Assembly (NCBI GenBank): GCA_035285125.1
Contig: JAYKHR010000066.1
Span: 96,001-160,000 of the forward strand
Direction: 5' to 3'
DNA: 64,000 nucleotides
DNA from: Candidatus Sericytochromatia bacterium
GTDB lineage: Bacteria; Cyanobacteriota; Sericytochromatia; S15B-MN24; JAQBPE01
The notes beneath the pieces were generated by a model that searched no databases, was not told the DNA's origin, and saw only the letters and a program-made list of their open reading frames with translations. The position numbers and the translations under genes were made by a program. Below are positions 18,339 through 27,077 of the stretch, in pieces; position 1 is the stretch's first letter; every line of letters starts with the position of its first letter.

Positions 18339-20932
18339 CGACCGAGACCCAGGCCGCCCAGCTCCAGCTGGGGACCCCGGAGACCCCGCTGGACGAGGCA
18401 CTTCCGGAAACGTGGGGGGGCAAGGGCGTGGGGCTCATCCGCCTGTCCCAGGCGGGGCTCGAGGTGCCCGAGTTCTTCGTGCTGCCTGCGGCCCTGCGGG
18501 ATTGCGTGCGGGCCTCAGGCAACCCTTCGGCGGACCACCCCTTGCTCCTCGCGCTGGTCCGCGAGGGACTTCAGCGGCTGCCCGAGGGCCCCGTCGCCGT
18601 TCGCAGCAGCGGCGTCGACGAGGACGGGGACCACCGCTCCCTGGCCGGCCAGTTCGACACGTTTCTGGCCGTCCCACCCGATGCCCGGGCGGTGGCTGCC
18701 AAGGTCCTGGCCTGCTGGGCCTCCTTGCAGAGTGAGCGCGCCCGGGCCTACCGGTCGCGCCACGGGCTGGATGCGGAGGGCGGGGCCATCGCCGTGGTCG
18801 TACAGGCCATGGTGCCTGCCGAGCGTTCTGTGGTGATATTCTCTGGGAACCCCACGACGGGCGACGCGGACGAGACGGTGGTCGCCTCGGTTTGGGGGCT
18901 TGGCGACACCCTCGTGGCTGGTGACCTCGAGGGAGACACCGACGTGCTGGGGCCATCAGGCAGAGCCCTCCAGCACCTGTCCGGTGGGCAGACGCAGGCA
19001 CGCCGCCTTCACGCGGACGGCAGCATCGCCGTCGAGGAACTACCCGCAGAGCTGGTGGGCAAGCCCGTGCTTTCGCCGGCGAACCGGCAGGCGGCCTGGC
19101 AGCTGGGGCGGGCCATCGCAAGCTGGGCGGGCCGGCCGATGGACATCGAGGCCGCCTTCCTGGGGGGACGCCTCCTGGTGCTGCAGGCACGGCCCGTCAC
19201 GACCCCGCTGTCCCGCCATCGCCGGCTTTGGGACAACGCGAACGTGGTGGAGAGCTACGGGGGCGTCACGACGCCCCTCACGTTCTCCCATGCGAGCCTG
19301 GCCTACCGCATCGTCTACACGCAGTTCGGGCGGTTGCTTGGGGTGCCCCGGCACATCCACGACACCCACGAGCGTGAGATGCAGACCTACGTGGGCCTGC
19401 TCGACGGGCGCGTCTACTACAACCTCCTGATGTGGTACCTGTCCATGGCGCACCTGCCGGGCTACGCCTTCACGCGCAGCGCCATGGAGAACATGATGGG
19501 CGTCCGCGAGGCCCTGGACGTCGAGCTGCCGCCCGCAGGCAGCCCCCTGCAGGCCTGGACGCGAGATCTTCCCAGGTTGGCCCGGATGCTGGCCCGAACG
19601 GCTTGGGCCTTTGCGACGATCGACCGGCGCATCGGGGCCTTCGAGCGAAACTTCGAGGCGGTCCACGGGGCCTGGCGCGATCAGCGCTTCGAGGGATGGG
19701 AGACAGCCCGCCTCGTGGACCTTTACCACACGCTGTTGGTGCAGGTGCTTCACCGGTGGGAGGCCCCCATCCTCACGGACGTGGGGGCGATGGTCTCGAT
19801 GGCGCTGCTGCAAGGTTTGCTAGCGAAATGGGCCCCGGGTTGCCCAAACCTGGCCGGGGAGCTGCTGGTCGGGGCTGGCGACATCGAGAGCACGGCCCCG
19901 ACCCGGGAGCTCACGGCCCTGGCAGCCAGGGTGCGAGCGCATCCGACGGCGATGGCCCTCCTTGCGGGGCCCCCTGAGGCCGCCTGGGAGGCCCTTCACC
20001 GGGACGTGACGTGCAAGGGCCTCGCAGCGGAGCTGGACGCCTGGGTCTCGCGCTACGGCGACCGGGCGATGGGGGAGCTCAAGCTGGAGACCCAGACCCC
20101 CCGGGAGCAACCCTCGCTGGTCGTGCCGCTGTTGCGGAGCTACGTCGCGATGGCGGGCACCCAGCTGCCCCCGGCTCCCGATAACACGAAGGCCGAGGCC
20201 CGCCTGGACGAGGCGCTTGCCGGAAGCCCGTTCCGGCGGCTGGCGGCGCGCACCGTCCTGCATTGGACGCGCAAGCACGTGCGCAACCGGGAGAACATGC
20301 GCTTCGCGCGGACCAGGCTGACGGGCGTGCTCAGGCGCCTGTTCCGCGCCGTCGGCGAGGACTTGGTGCGGGTGGGGCTGCTGAGCCAGGCCGAGGACGT
20401 CTTTTACCTCACGGTGGAGGAACTCACGGCCTATGTCGATGGCCGCTCCGTGACCCGCGATCTCGGGGCCCTCGCGCTGCTCCGGCGCAAGGAGTACGAC
20501 GGCTACGGGCAGGCCGAGCCCCCGGAGCGGTTCGTGACCATCGGCCTGCCGCACCTCCGGGTGCCGGAGGCGCCTCCGGCACCGGGGGGCGATGCGACAG
20601 CGTTCGTGGGCACGCCCTGTTGCCCAGGCGTGGTGACTGGCCCGACGAGGCTTGTCCGGGATCCTGCCGATGCGGGGGACCTCGCGGGCGAGATCCTGGT
20701 CGCGCCTCGCACGGACCCTGGCTGGGTGGCGCTCTACCCGGCCATCTCCGGCCTCCTGGTGGAGCGCGGCAGCGTGCTGTCGCACTCGGCCATCGTGGCC
20801 CGGGAGATGGGGTTGCCCACGATCGTGGGCGTGCAGGGGCTTTGCGCGCGGCTTGGCGCCGGCCAGCGGGTAAGAATGGATGGGGGGACAGGACGCATCG
20901 AGCTCCTGCCCCACGAGGAGGCTTCGCCATGA
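18335..20932 (+). CDS. PEP-utilising dikinase with rifampin-phosphotransferase-like architecture (ATP-grasp, substrate domain, His swivel)
   Basis: GGKG, AVRSSGVDED, SLAGQFDT, VVVQAMV, PMDIE, LQARPVT; C-terminal TDPGW and GSVLSHSAIVAREMG; ATGA overlap with the upstream gene. Confidence 0.88.
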   Translation: MTTETQAAQLQLGTPETPLDEALPETWGGKGVGLIRLSQAGLEVPEFFVLPAALRDCVRASGNPSADHPLLLALVREGLQRLPEGPVAVRSSGVDEDGDHRSLAGQFDTFLAVPPDARAVAAKVLACWASLQSERARAYRSRHGLDAEGGAIAVVVQAMVPAERSVVIFSGNPTTGDADETVVASVWGLGDTLVAGDLEGDTDVLGPSGRALQHLSGGQTQARRLHADGSIAVEELPAELVGKPVLSPANRQAAWQLGRAIASWAGRPMDIEAAFLGGRLLVLQARPVTTPLSRHRRLWDNANVVESYGGVTTPLTFSHASLAYRIVYTQFGRLLGVPRHIHDTHEREMQTYVGLLDGRVYYNLLMWYLSMAHLPGYAFTRSAMENMMGVREALDVELPPAGSPLQAWTRDLPRLARMLARTAWAFATIDRRIGAFERNFEAVHGAWRDQRFEGWETARLVDLYHTLLVQVLHRWEAPILTDVGAMVSMALLQGLLAKWAPGCPNLAGELLVGAGDIESTAPTRELTALAARVRAHPTAMALLAGPPEAAWEALHRDVTCKGLAAELDAWVSRYGDRAMGELKLETQTPREQPSLVVPLLRSYVAMAGTQLPPAPDNTKAEARLDEALAGSPFRRLAARTVLHWTRKHVRNRENMRFARTRLTGVLRRLFRAVGEDLVRVGLLSQAEDVFYLTVEELTAYVDGRSVTRDLGALALLRRKEYDGYGQAEPPERFVTIGLPHLRVPEAPPAPGGDATAFVGTPCCPGVVTGPTRLVRDPADAGDLAGEILVAPRTDPGWVALYPAISGLLVERGSVLSHSAIVAREMGLPTIVGVQGLCARLGAGQRVRMDGGTGRIELLPHEEASP

Positions 20933-21885
20933 CCGTCGGTTTCGTGGATCTTGACCTCTTGCATCGCCAGGCCGAGTCACGGCCCCTGGACCTCGATGCC
21001 TTGCCGTGGGCCCAAGGGGTCCAGCAGGGCGCCTGGTTCGCCCCTGAGGCGATGAGTCACCTGTTCCATTGCCCGAGCTACGCCGGGTTCTCCGACGACG
21101 AGCGGCGTGCCCTCGCCCGCATCACGGCCCTGACCAAGGCCGAGAGCTTCGTCTACTTCGAGGAGTTCCTGCTGATCCCCATCGTGCAGCAGATTCTGCG
21201 CGCTCCCGAGCGCTACGGCGTCAGCCCGGGCCTCGTCACGTGCCTGGAGGACTTCGTCCACGAGGAGCGCCAGCACACGGAGATGTTCTGGCGCCTCCTT
21301 GAGGCGGCTGCGCCGGCGCATTACCCCACGCGCCAGCTCAGGTACTTCGGCCCGACCTCGGGCGGCGCGGTCCTTGGCAAGCTGCTGGCCAGGCGGCCTG
21401 ACTTCTTCATTCTGTGGGTCTGGCTCGCCCTCATCATCGAAGAGCGCACGGTCGACCTCTACCGCCAGTACCGGTCGGATCCGCGGGTGGATCCCCTGTT
21501 CGCTGCGGTCTACCACGCCCATATGGTTGACGAAACGCGCCACGTGTCGATCGACCACCACCTGCTCGCCACCTTCTGGGATCCTGCCCCGCTCTGGCTG
21601 AGAAAGCTCAACGTCGCCCTGTTGGACCACTGCCTGGGCAAGCTCACGACGCCCCGGGTCGTGGCCCGCGTCAGCTTGGCCGAGGTCATCGACCAATCCC
21701 CAACACTCAGGCCACAGCGAGCCACGATCGCCCAAGAGCTCGCCTCGCTGGGAAAGAACGCCTCCTATCAGGCGGCTCACTTCTCCCGGGATTGCCTTCC
21801 CCGTAGCTTCGCCCTGATGGACCGCTACCCGGAATTCGCCACCCTGCGGGCGGGCTTGCCCGCCTACCAGCCACGCACCGCGTGA
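20929..21885 (+). CDS. AurF/CmlI-like ferritin-fold diiron oxygenase
   Basis: Candidate ligands FEE, EERQH, IEE, HMVDETRH (HxxxExxH); ATGA overlap. Confidence 0.8.
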   Translation: MTVGFVDLDLLHRQAESRPLDLDALPWAQGVQQGAWFAPEAMSHLFHCPSYAGFSDDERRALARITALTKAESFVYFEEFLLIPIVQQILRAPERYGVSPGLVTCLEDFVHEERQHTEMFWRLLEAAAPAHYPTRQLRYFGPTSGGAVLGKLLARRPDFFILWVWLALIIEERTVDLYRQYRSDPRVDPLFAAVYHAHMVDETRHVSIDHHLLATFWDPAPLWLRKLNVALLDHCLGKLTTPRVVARVSLAEVIDQSPTLRPQRATIAQELASLGKNASYQAAHFSRDCLPRSFALMDRYPEFATLRAGLPAYQPRTA

Positions 21886-21892
21886 GCCGGCC

Positions 21893-23038
21893 GTGATCGC
21901 AGACAGGGGGCCGGGCGCCCCGGGGCCGACCGAGCGAGCCCTGGCGCGTCGGCCCTTTTTCGACGGCGTCGGCTACGCGTCGTGCTGGGAAGACGCGGAC
22001 GTCCTGCGGGCTGCCTTGCGTGTCAGACCAGGCGACCGGGTCCTCTCGATCGCCTCCGGCGGCTGCAACGCCCTCTCGCTCCTGCTGGACGACCCCGCGC
22101 AGGTGGTGGCCGTGGACTTCAACCCCCACCAGACCCGGCTGGTCCGCCTCAAGGTGGCTGCGATCCGCCTCCTGCCCAGGCAGGAATACCTGGCGCTGAT
22201 AGGCGCCACCAACGAAATGGACAGGCTGAAGCTCTGGCAGGCAGTTCGCCCTCTGGTGCCCGAGGCGGACAGGCGCTGGTGGGACGCAAGACCAAGGTTG
22301 TTCGTGCAGGGGCTCTACCGGGCGGGGCGAACGGACCGTTACCTGATGGCCTTCGGTGGCCTGGTTCGCGCGTGGCTTGGCCGTGGTCGGGTGGACCGGC
22401 TCTTCGGCTTCGCCTCGTTGGCCGAGCAGAGAGCCTTTTACCACGAGGTTTGGGACGACTGGCGGTGGCGCACCATGTTGAACCTGTTCTTTCACCGCCG
22501 CGTCATCTCACGCGCCAAGGACCCGAGCCACTTCCGGTATGTGGACGGGGATGCCTTCGGGGCGCGAATCCACCAGCGTGCCAGCCTGCTCTTCACGGAG
22601 GGCCTGATGCGAGACAACCCCTACTGCGCCCTGATCCTGCGGGGGCGGTACCTGGACGAACAGGCCCTGCCGGCCTACATGAAGCCGGGGGCCTACGACC
22701 TTGTCCGCGAGCGGCTCGATCGCCTCGAGTTGCGGGACGAACCCCTGGGGGAGGCGCTGGCCGCAAGCCCGCCGGAGGCCTTCGATGCGTTCAACCTCTC
22801 GAACCTGTACGACTGGCTCAGCGACGAGGCCCGCACGGCATCCCTGGAACTGGTGTGCCGCACAGCCCGCCCGGGTGCCCGGCTGTGCTACTGGAGCACG
22901 CTGGCACCACGACATTTGCCCGCATTACGGGACTTGCAACCCGATGGCGAGTTGGCAGCGAGGCTGCATCGCCAGGATCGGTTTCCCTATGCACACCTCG
23001 AGGTGGCCTCGGTCAACCGCCCCGTGCCCGGTCGTTGA
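21893..23038 (+). CDS. DUF3419/BtaA-like SAM-dependent transferase
   Basis: YASCWEDA, VLSIASGGCNAL, VDFNPHQ, DNPY, LSNLYDW. Confidence 0.82.
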   Translation: MIADRGPGAPGPTERALARRPFFDGVGYASCWEDADVLRAALRVRPGDRVLSIASGGCNALSLLLDDPAQVVAVDFNPHQTRLVRLKVAAIRLLPRQEYLALIGATNEMDRLKLWQAVRPLVPEADRRWWDARPRLFVQGLYRAGRTDRYLMAFGGLVRAWLGRGRVDRLFGFASLAEQRAFYHEVWDDWRWRTMLNLFFHRRVISRAKDPSHFRYVDGDAFGARIHQRASLLFTEGLMRDNPYCALILRGRYLDEQALPAYMKPGAYDLVRERLDRLELRDEPLGEALAASPPEAFDAFNLSNLYDWLSDEARTASLELVCRTARPGARLCYWSTLAPRHLPALRDLQPDGELAARLHRQDRFPYAHLEVASVNRPVPGR

Positions 23039-23949
23039 GGCGGGGCGACGACCCAAAGGGCCCCGGGCCTCACCTCGATCACGAGCCGGGAGGCCTGCGC
23101 AAGCAACTCGCCGTCCGCCATGAACTCGACCGACTCGTCGGCCGAGAGTTCCAGCGAGCAGGCTTCGCCTGCCGTCACCCCGGGATGCCCGACGTGAGCC
23201 CCCGAACGGTTCATGGCGGCTGCTGACCACAACCCCCGGAACCGGCCTTGCCACGTGAGCCGGCACCACCCGAGCGTGCCATCGTCGGGCCGGGTGCCAG
23301 GGCAGGCACAAACCGAGCGCCCAATGGAGGCCTGGTTGTGGATGAACATGGCGAGCAACAGCCCCGTGACGGCATCTTCCTTGCCACATCGAAAGGTCAA
23401 CATGTGGGCCACGCGGGGCGCCGTGGCGATCAGCCAGGCGCTGTAGAGCGTGTAAGCCAGGCTCCCCAGCGCCCGCGTCACCACGGCCGCCAGGCCCTTG
23501 CCAGACTTGAGCGCGTGGACGCCGATGGCCACATCGCTGACGATGCCAGTGCCCCCGCCCGTGAGGAAGCACTGACCATTGACCATCCCGACGTCGATGG
23601 CCCGGCGTTCGCCCGCCAGAATGGCCTGACAGGCCTCCAGAGGGGTCAGCGGCATCCCGAGTTGCCGGGCGAGGTCATTGGCCGTGCCGGCCGGGACGAC
23701 GGCCAAAGCCACCGAGCCGCCGACAATCTGGTTGGCGACGGCGTTCAGGGTGCCGTCGCCCCCGACCACGACCACCACGTCAACCCCAGAATCGCGCGCA
23801 TCCCGGGCCGCGCGGCACATGGCCTCGAACGAGCCCGGGATGACGACCTCATGGTCCGTCCGGGCGAAGGCCGCCCGGACGATACCCACCCAGCGCCCAT
23901 CGGCGCCGTTGCGTGCAGTGGGGTTGATGAGGATGCGATACCGCAGCAC
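22987..23949 (-). CDS. Diacylglycerol/lipid kinase family (YegS/DgkB-like)
   Basis: INPTA, GGDGT, PAGTANDLAR, ADGE motifs; GTG start at 23949. Confidence 0.9.
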   Translation of the reverse strand: MLRYRILINPTARNGADGRWVGIVRAAFARTDHEVVIPGSFEAMCRAARDARDSGVDVVVVVGGDGTLNAVANQIVGGSVALAVVPAGTANDLARQLGMPLTPLEACQAILAGERRAIDVGMVNGQCFLTGGGTGIVSDVAIGVHALKSGKGLAAVVTRALGSLAYTLYSAWLIATAPRVAHMLTFRCGKEDAVTGLLLAMFIHNQASIGRSVCACPGTRPDDGTLGWCRLTWQGRFRGLWSAAAMNRSGAHVGHPGVTAGEACSLELSADESVEFMADGELLAQASRLVIEVRPGALWVVAPPQRPGTGRLTEATSRCA

Positions 23950-23959
23950 GCGCCTCGCT

Positions 23960-24679
23960 TCAGTAGTAGTGGCCGAACCCGACCAAGCCCACGTCCAGGT
24001 TGTTCTCCAGGCCCCGCACGTAGTTGAACCAGGTGTACGTCCGGTCGGTCCAGAGGTACTTGCCGCCCGCACCGATGCGCGAGTCCCCCGTGTTGGTGGC
24101 CAGGCTCCGACGCAACTGGTAGTTCAAGCCGACGGAGACGCGGTCGTTGGGCCAGAGGTCTGCGCCCAGCGCCACGCCGCCCTGCGCGGCGGCCTTCTGG
24201 AAGTAGCTGATCTCAGGCTGGGCCGTCAGCTCGAGCGTACCCATCTTGACCATGCCAGCGATCTTGTAGCTGCCGCCGTAGTCCCAGTTCATGCTGGGGT
24301 CGACGTTGGCGCGGGCCATATAGGACCCAGCCACGGACCAGCCCTTGCCGGCCGCGTAGCGCTGGCGCAGGCCCACCTGGCTCTCTGCCGAAAGCAACAC
24401 GGCGGCGTCAAGGCCATCCGAAAGCCCCATCCCAAAGCCCGCCAGGGGAAGCAACTGGGCGTTCGCGAGGCCCTGGGCCCGGAAGGGGTTGGTGCTGCCG
24501 AGGGCCAGGCCGACCTCCTTGTGTCCGGTGCCCAGGAACACCGGGGCATAGACCAGACCGCCCGCGGAGATGATCCGCGCCGGGCCGCTGACGATGGCGT
24601 CGTCCTCGGCGGCAAAGGCAGGCGCGGCAAGCGCCAGGACGGCGGCGGCCAGGGCAAGGGCACAGAGGGTTTGCTTCAT
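23960..24679 (-). CDS. Putative outer-membrane beta-barrel protein
   Basis: Signal peptide ending PAFA, alternating amphipathic strands, aromatic C-terminus (GFGHYY). Confidence 0.6.
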   Translation of the reverse strand: MKQTLCALALAAAVLALAAPAFAAEDDAIVSGPARIISAGGLVYAPVFLGTGHKEVGLALGSTNPFRAQGLANAQLLPLAGFGMGLSDGLDAAVLLSAESQVGLRQRYAAGKGWSVAGSYMARANVDPSMNWDYGGSYKIAGMVKMGTLELTAQPEISYFQKAAAQGGVALGADLWPNDRVSVGLNYQLRRSLATNTGDSRIGAGGKYLWTDRTYTWFNYVRGLENNLDVGLVGFGHYY

Positions 24680-24798
24680 GCGTTTCGACCTCGCTTCGTG
24701 TGTGTTGTGGCGATATATCGGGTGGAACCCCTAGAGTCCTACCCGCCAGCCTCGCCCCCTTACCCAACACGGGCCTGCCCGTTCCTCCGCCAGAAGCC

Positions 24799-24831
24799 GC
24801 GAGGCCGACCGGCAGTGCCGGTCGGCCTCGC
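24799..24831 (-). terminator. Long perfect inverted repeat downstream of tRNA-Ser(GCT)
   Basis: gcgaggccgaccggca-g-tgccggtcggcctcgc; 16-bp arms, no U tract. Confidence 0.55.
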
Positions 24832-24836
24832 TAGGA

Positions 24837-24929
<93 letters not shown>

Positions 24930-24990
24930 AGAGCCTGAGGATGGTAGCACGCGGGGACGCCAGGGGTCAAGCCGTGGCGCCATTCGCGCC

Positions 24991-25019
24991 TTGACGGGCG
25001 TCCCGGGCCGGGCTAGCAT
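24991..25019 (+). promoter_or_regulatory. Sigma70-like promoter for trxA
   Basis: TTGACG-N17-TAGCAT; a divergent TTGACC-N18-TACCAT (24941-24970) precedes tRNA-Ser. Confidence 0.5.
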
Positions 25020-25108
25020 GGCGACCCGCCCGCGGCGCTCGGCTGCCGCTCAAGGTGACCCTCTGCGGGCGGCCCACACCTCGAGATTCCCACAGGAGAA
25101 CCACCCTG

Positions 25109-25435
25109 ATGACCAAGCCCATCACCGTCACCGACAACAGCTTCCAGCAGGACGTCATCGACGCCTCAGTTCCCGTGCTGGTTGATTTCTGGGCCACGTG
25201 GTGTGGGCCCTGCAAGATGATCGCGCCAATCCTCGAGGACGTGGCCTCGGAGCTTGGTGGCAAGCTCGTGGTCGCCAAGCTCGACGTGGATGAGAATGCC
25301 GGAGCGGCCCAAAAGTACAGCGTCATGAGCATTCCGACGCTGATCCTTTTCAAGAACGGGCAGCCTGCCGAGCGGCTGGTGGGCTACATGTCCAAGGAGC
25401 AGTTGCTCGCCAAGCTCTCGCCCTCGCTCGGCTGA
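25109..25435 (+). CDS. trxA: Thioredoxin
   Basis: VDFWATWCGPCKMIAP, SIPTL; AGGAG RBS. Confidence 0.95.
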   Translation: MTKPITVTDNSFQQDVIDASVPVLVDFWATWCGPCKMIAPILEDVASELGGKLVVAKLDVDENAGAAQKYSVMSIPTLILFKNGQPAERLVGYMSKEQLLAKLSPSLG

Positions 25436-25459
25436 GAACACAGAGCCCCTGGTAGCGTC

Positions 25460-25486
25460 CCGCCCCCGCTCCTCGGAGCGGGGGCG
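25460..25486. terminator. Hairpin between convergent trxA and ftsX
   Basis: cgcccccgctcc..ggagcgggggcg inverted repeat. Confidence 0.55.
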
Positions 25487-25495
25487 GTTCCGTCT

Positions 25496-26401
25496 TCACT
25501 CGGGGGCCATCGCCAGCTTCAGGTGCTTTCGAACAGACAGCAGGCTGCCTGCGGCCCCCAGGGACATCCCGAGCAAGGTCAGGACGACGAGGGTCTCTGC
25601 CGTCGCCACCATATCCAGCCTCATGGGGACGAAGGGCAGCAACTCCTGCCACTTCGAGAACGTGAAGTACCGCCAGGACACCAGCAACCCCGTGGTGAGC
25701 ACGGCCCCGAAGAAACCGAACAGCATCCCCTCGAGCAAAAATGGCCAGGCGATGAACCAGTTGCTGGCGCCCACGAGGTGCATGATTTCAATCTCTCGGC
25801 GGCGAGCCATCACCGCCAGCCGGATCGTGTTGACGATGACGGCCAGGCTCGCTGCGGCCAGGATCCCACTGATGGCCAGGCCCGCCGTCCGGATGAAGGC
25901 CGAGATTTCATTGATCTTGCGCAGCAGGTCCTGGCCGTACTCGATGTCCTCGACGCCGGGCATCTTGGCGATACGCTCAGCCACCAGGGGCGTCGCCTCC
26001 GCGCTGCGCGTCTGGATGGAGAGGGCATTGGGAAGCGGGTTCACGTCGAGCAGGGTGTTGAAGGTCATCCGCGTCCGCATGTCCTGCTGCATCTGCTGCC
26101 ACGCCTCCTCCTTTCCGATCAGTCGGACCGAGGCGACCTCAGGCATCTCCCGGATGGCGGCCTCGAGGTCGGAGGGCTTGGCGTCCTCCGAGAGGAACAC
26201 GGCCACGGGGACCTTGCTCCCCACCTGCTGGCTGACATGCTGAAGGTCTTGCACCACGAGCCAGAAGCCACCCAGGATGGACAGGCTCACGGCGATGGTC
26301 AGCACCACCAACCAGCTCATCCAGAAGGAACGGGCGATGCTGGAAAGGGCCTCTTGACCCACGAACTCCGCGATGCGGAAGAACTTCTTAACTGGCTCCA
26401 A
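25496..26401 (-). CDS. ftsX: Cell division permease FtsX
   Basis: NPLPNA, NTIRLAVMARRREIEIMHLVGASNWFIAWPFLLEG. Confidence 0.92.
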   Translation of the reverse strand: MEPVKKFFRIAEFVGQEALSSIARSFWMSWLVVLTIAVSLSILGGFWLVVQDLQHVSQQVGSKVPVAVFLSEDAKPSDLEAAIREMPEVASVRLIGKEEAWQQMQQDMRTRMTFNTLLDVNPLPNALSIQTRSAEATPLVAERIAKMPGVEDIEYGQDLLRKINEISAFIRTAGLAISGILAAASLAVIVNTIRLAVMARRREIEIMHLVGASNWFIAWPFLLEGMLFGFFGAVLTTGLLVSWRYFTFSKWQELLPFVPMRLDMVATAETLVVLTLLGMSLGAAGSLLSVRKHLKLAMAPE

Positions 26402-27077
26402 CGGAGTACACCCCTCGTGCCTGGTCCTGGACCAGGCGCCCCTGATCGATGGTCAGGACGCGGCGGCGCATGTTGTCCACGACCAGCTTGTTGTGCGTTG
26501 CCACCACCACGGTGGTGCCGTGGAGGTTGATCTTGGTGAGCAGCCTCATGATCTCCCAGGAGGTCTCAGGATCCAGGTTCCCCGTGGGCTCGTCGGCGAT
26601 CAACAAGGGCGGCGTGTTGACGATGGCCCGCGCCAGACAAACGCGCTGCTGCTGGCCGCCGGAGAGCTCCCCGGGAAGGGCGTCGGCAAAGTCTCGCAGG
26701 CTCACGAGGTCCAAGCTGGAGCGGACCCGGTGGTGCATGTCAGCCTTCGGCGCCCCCACGATCTTCAACGCAAACGCCACGTTGTCGTAGACCGTTCGGT
26801 CCATCAGCAGCTTGTAGTCCTGAAAGACGACGCCGATGCGTTGGCGGAGCCTGGGCAGGTTGCGGCCAGACAGCCGCCCGATGTCCACGTTGCTGATCAA
26901 CACCTGCCCGGTCGTCGGTACCTCCGCCCGGTAGAGCAGCTTCATCAGGGTGGACTTGCCAGCCCCGGAGGGGCCGACGATGAACACGAATTCGCCCTGC
27001 TGAACCTCGAGGCTGAGACCCGAGAGAGCTCGGACGCCGTTCGGATAGACCTTGGTGACTTGGCGGATGCTGATCAC
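26388..27077 (-). CDS. ftsE: Cell division ATP-binding protein FtsE
   Basis: GPSGAGKST, VVFQDYKL, LSGGQQQRV, ADEPTGNLDP; GTG start with GGAGG RBS. Confidence 0.93.
   Translation of the reverse strand: MISIRQVTKVYPNGVRALSGLSLEVQQGEFVFIVGPSGAGKSTLMKLLYRAEVPTTGQVLISNVDIGRLSGRNLPRLRQRIGVVFQDYKLLMDRTVYDNVAFALKIVGAPKADMHHRVRSSLDLVSLRDFADALPGELSGGQQQRVCLARAIVNTPPLLIADEPTGNLDPETSWEIMRLLTKINLHGTTVVVATHNKLVVDNMRRRVLTIDQGRLVQDQARGVYSVGAS

Noticed and set aside
18335..20932. Annotation as ppsA or as a bona fide rifampin-resistance gene
   Set aside because: Lacks the PpsA C-terminal pyruvate domain; operon context points to another substrate
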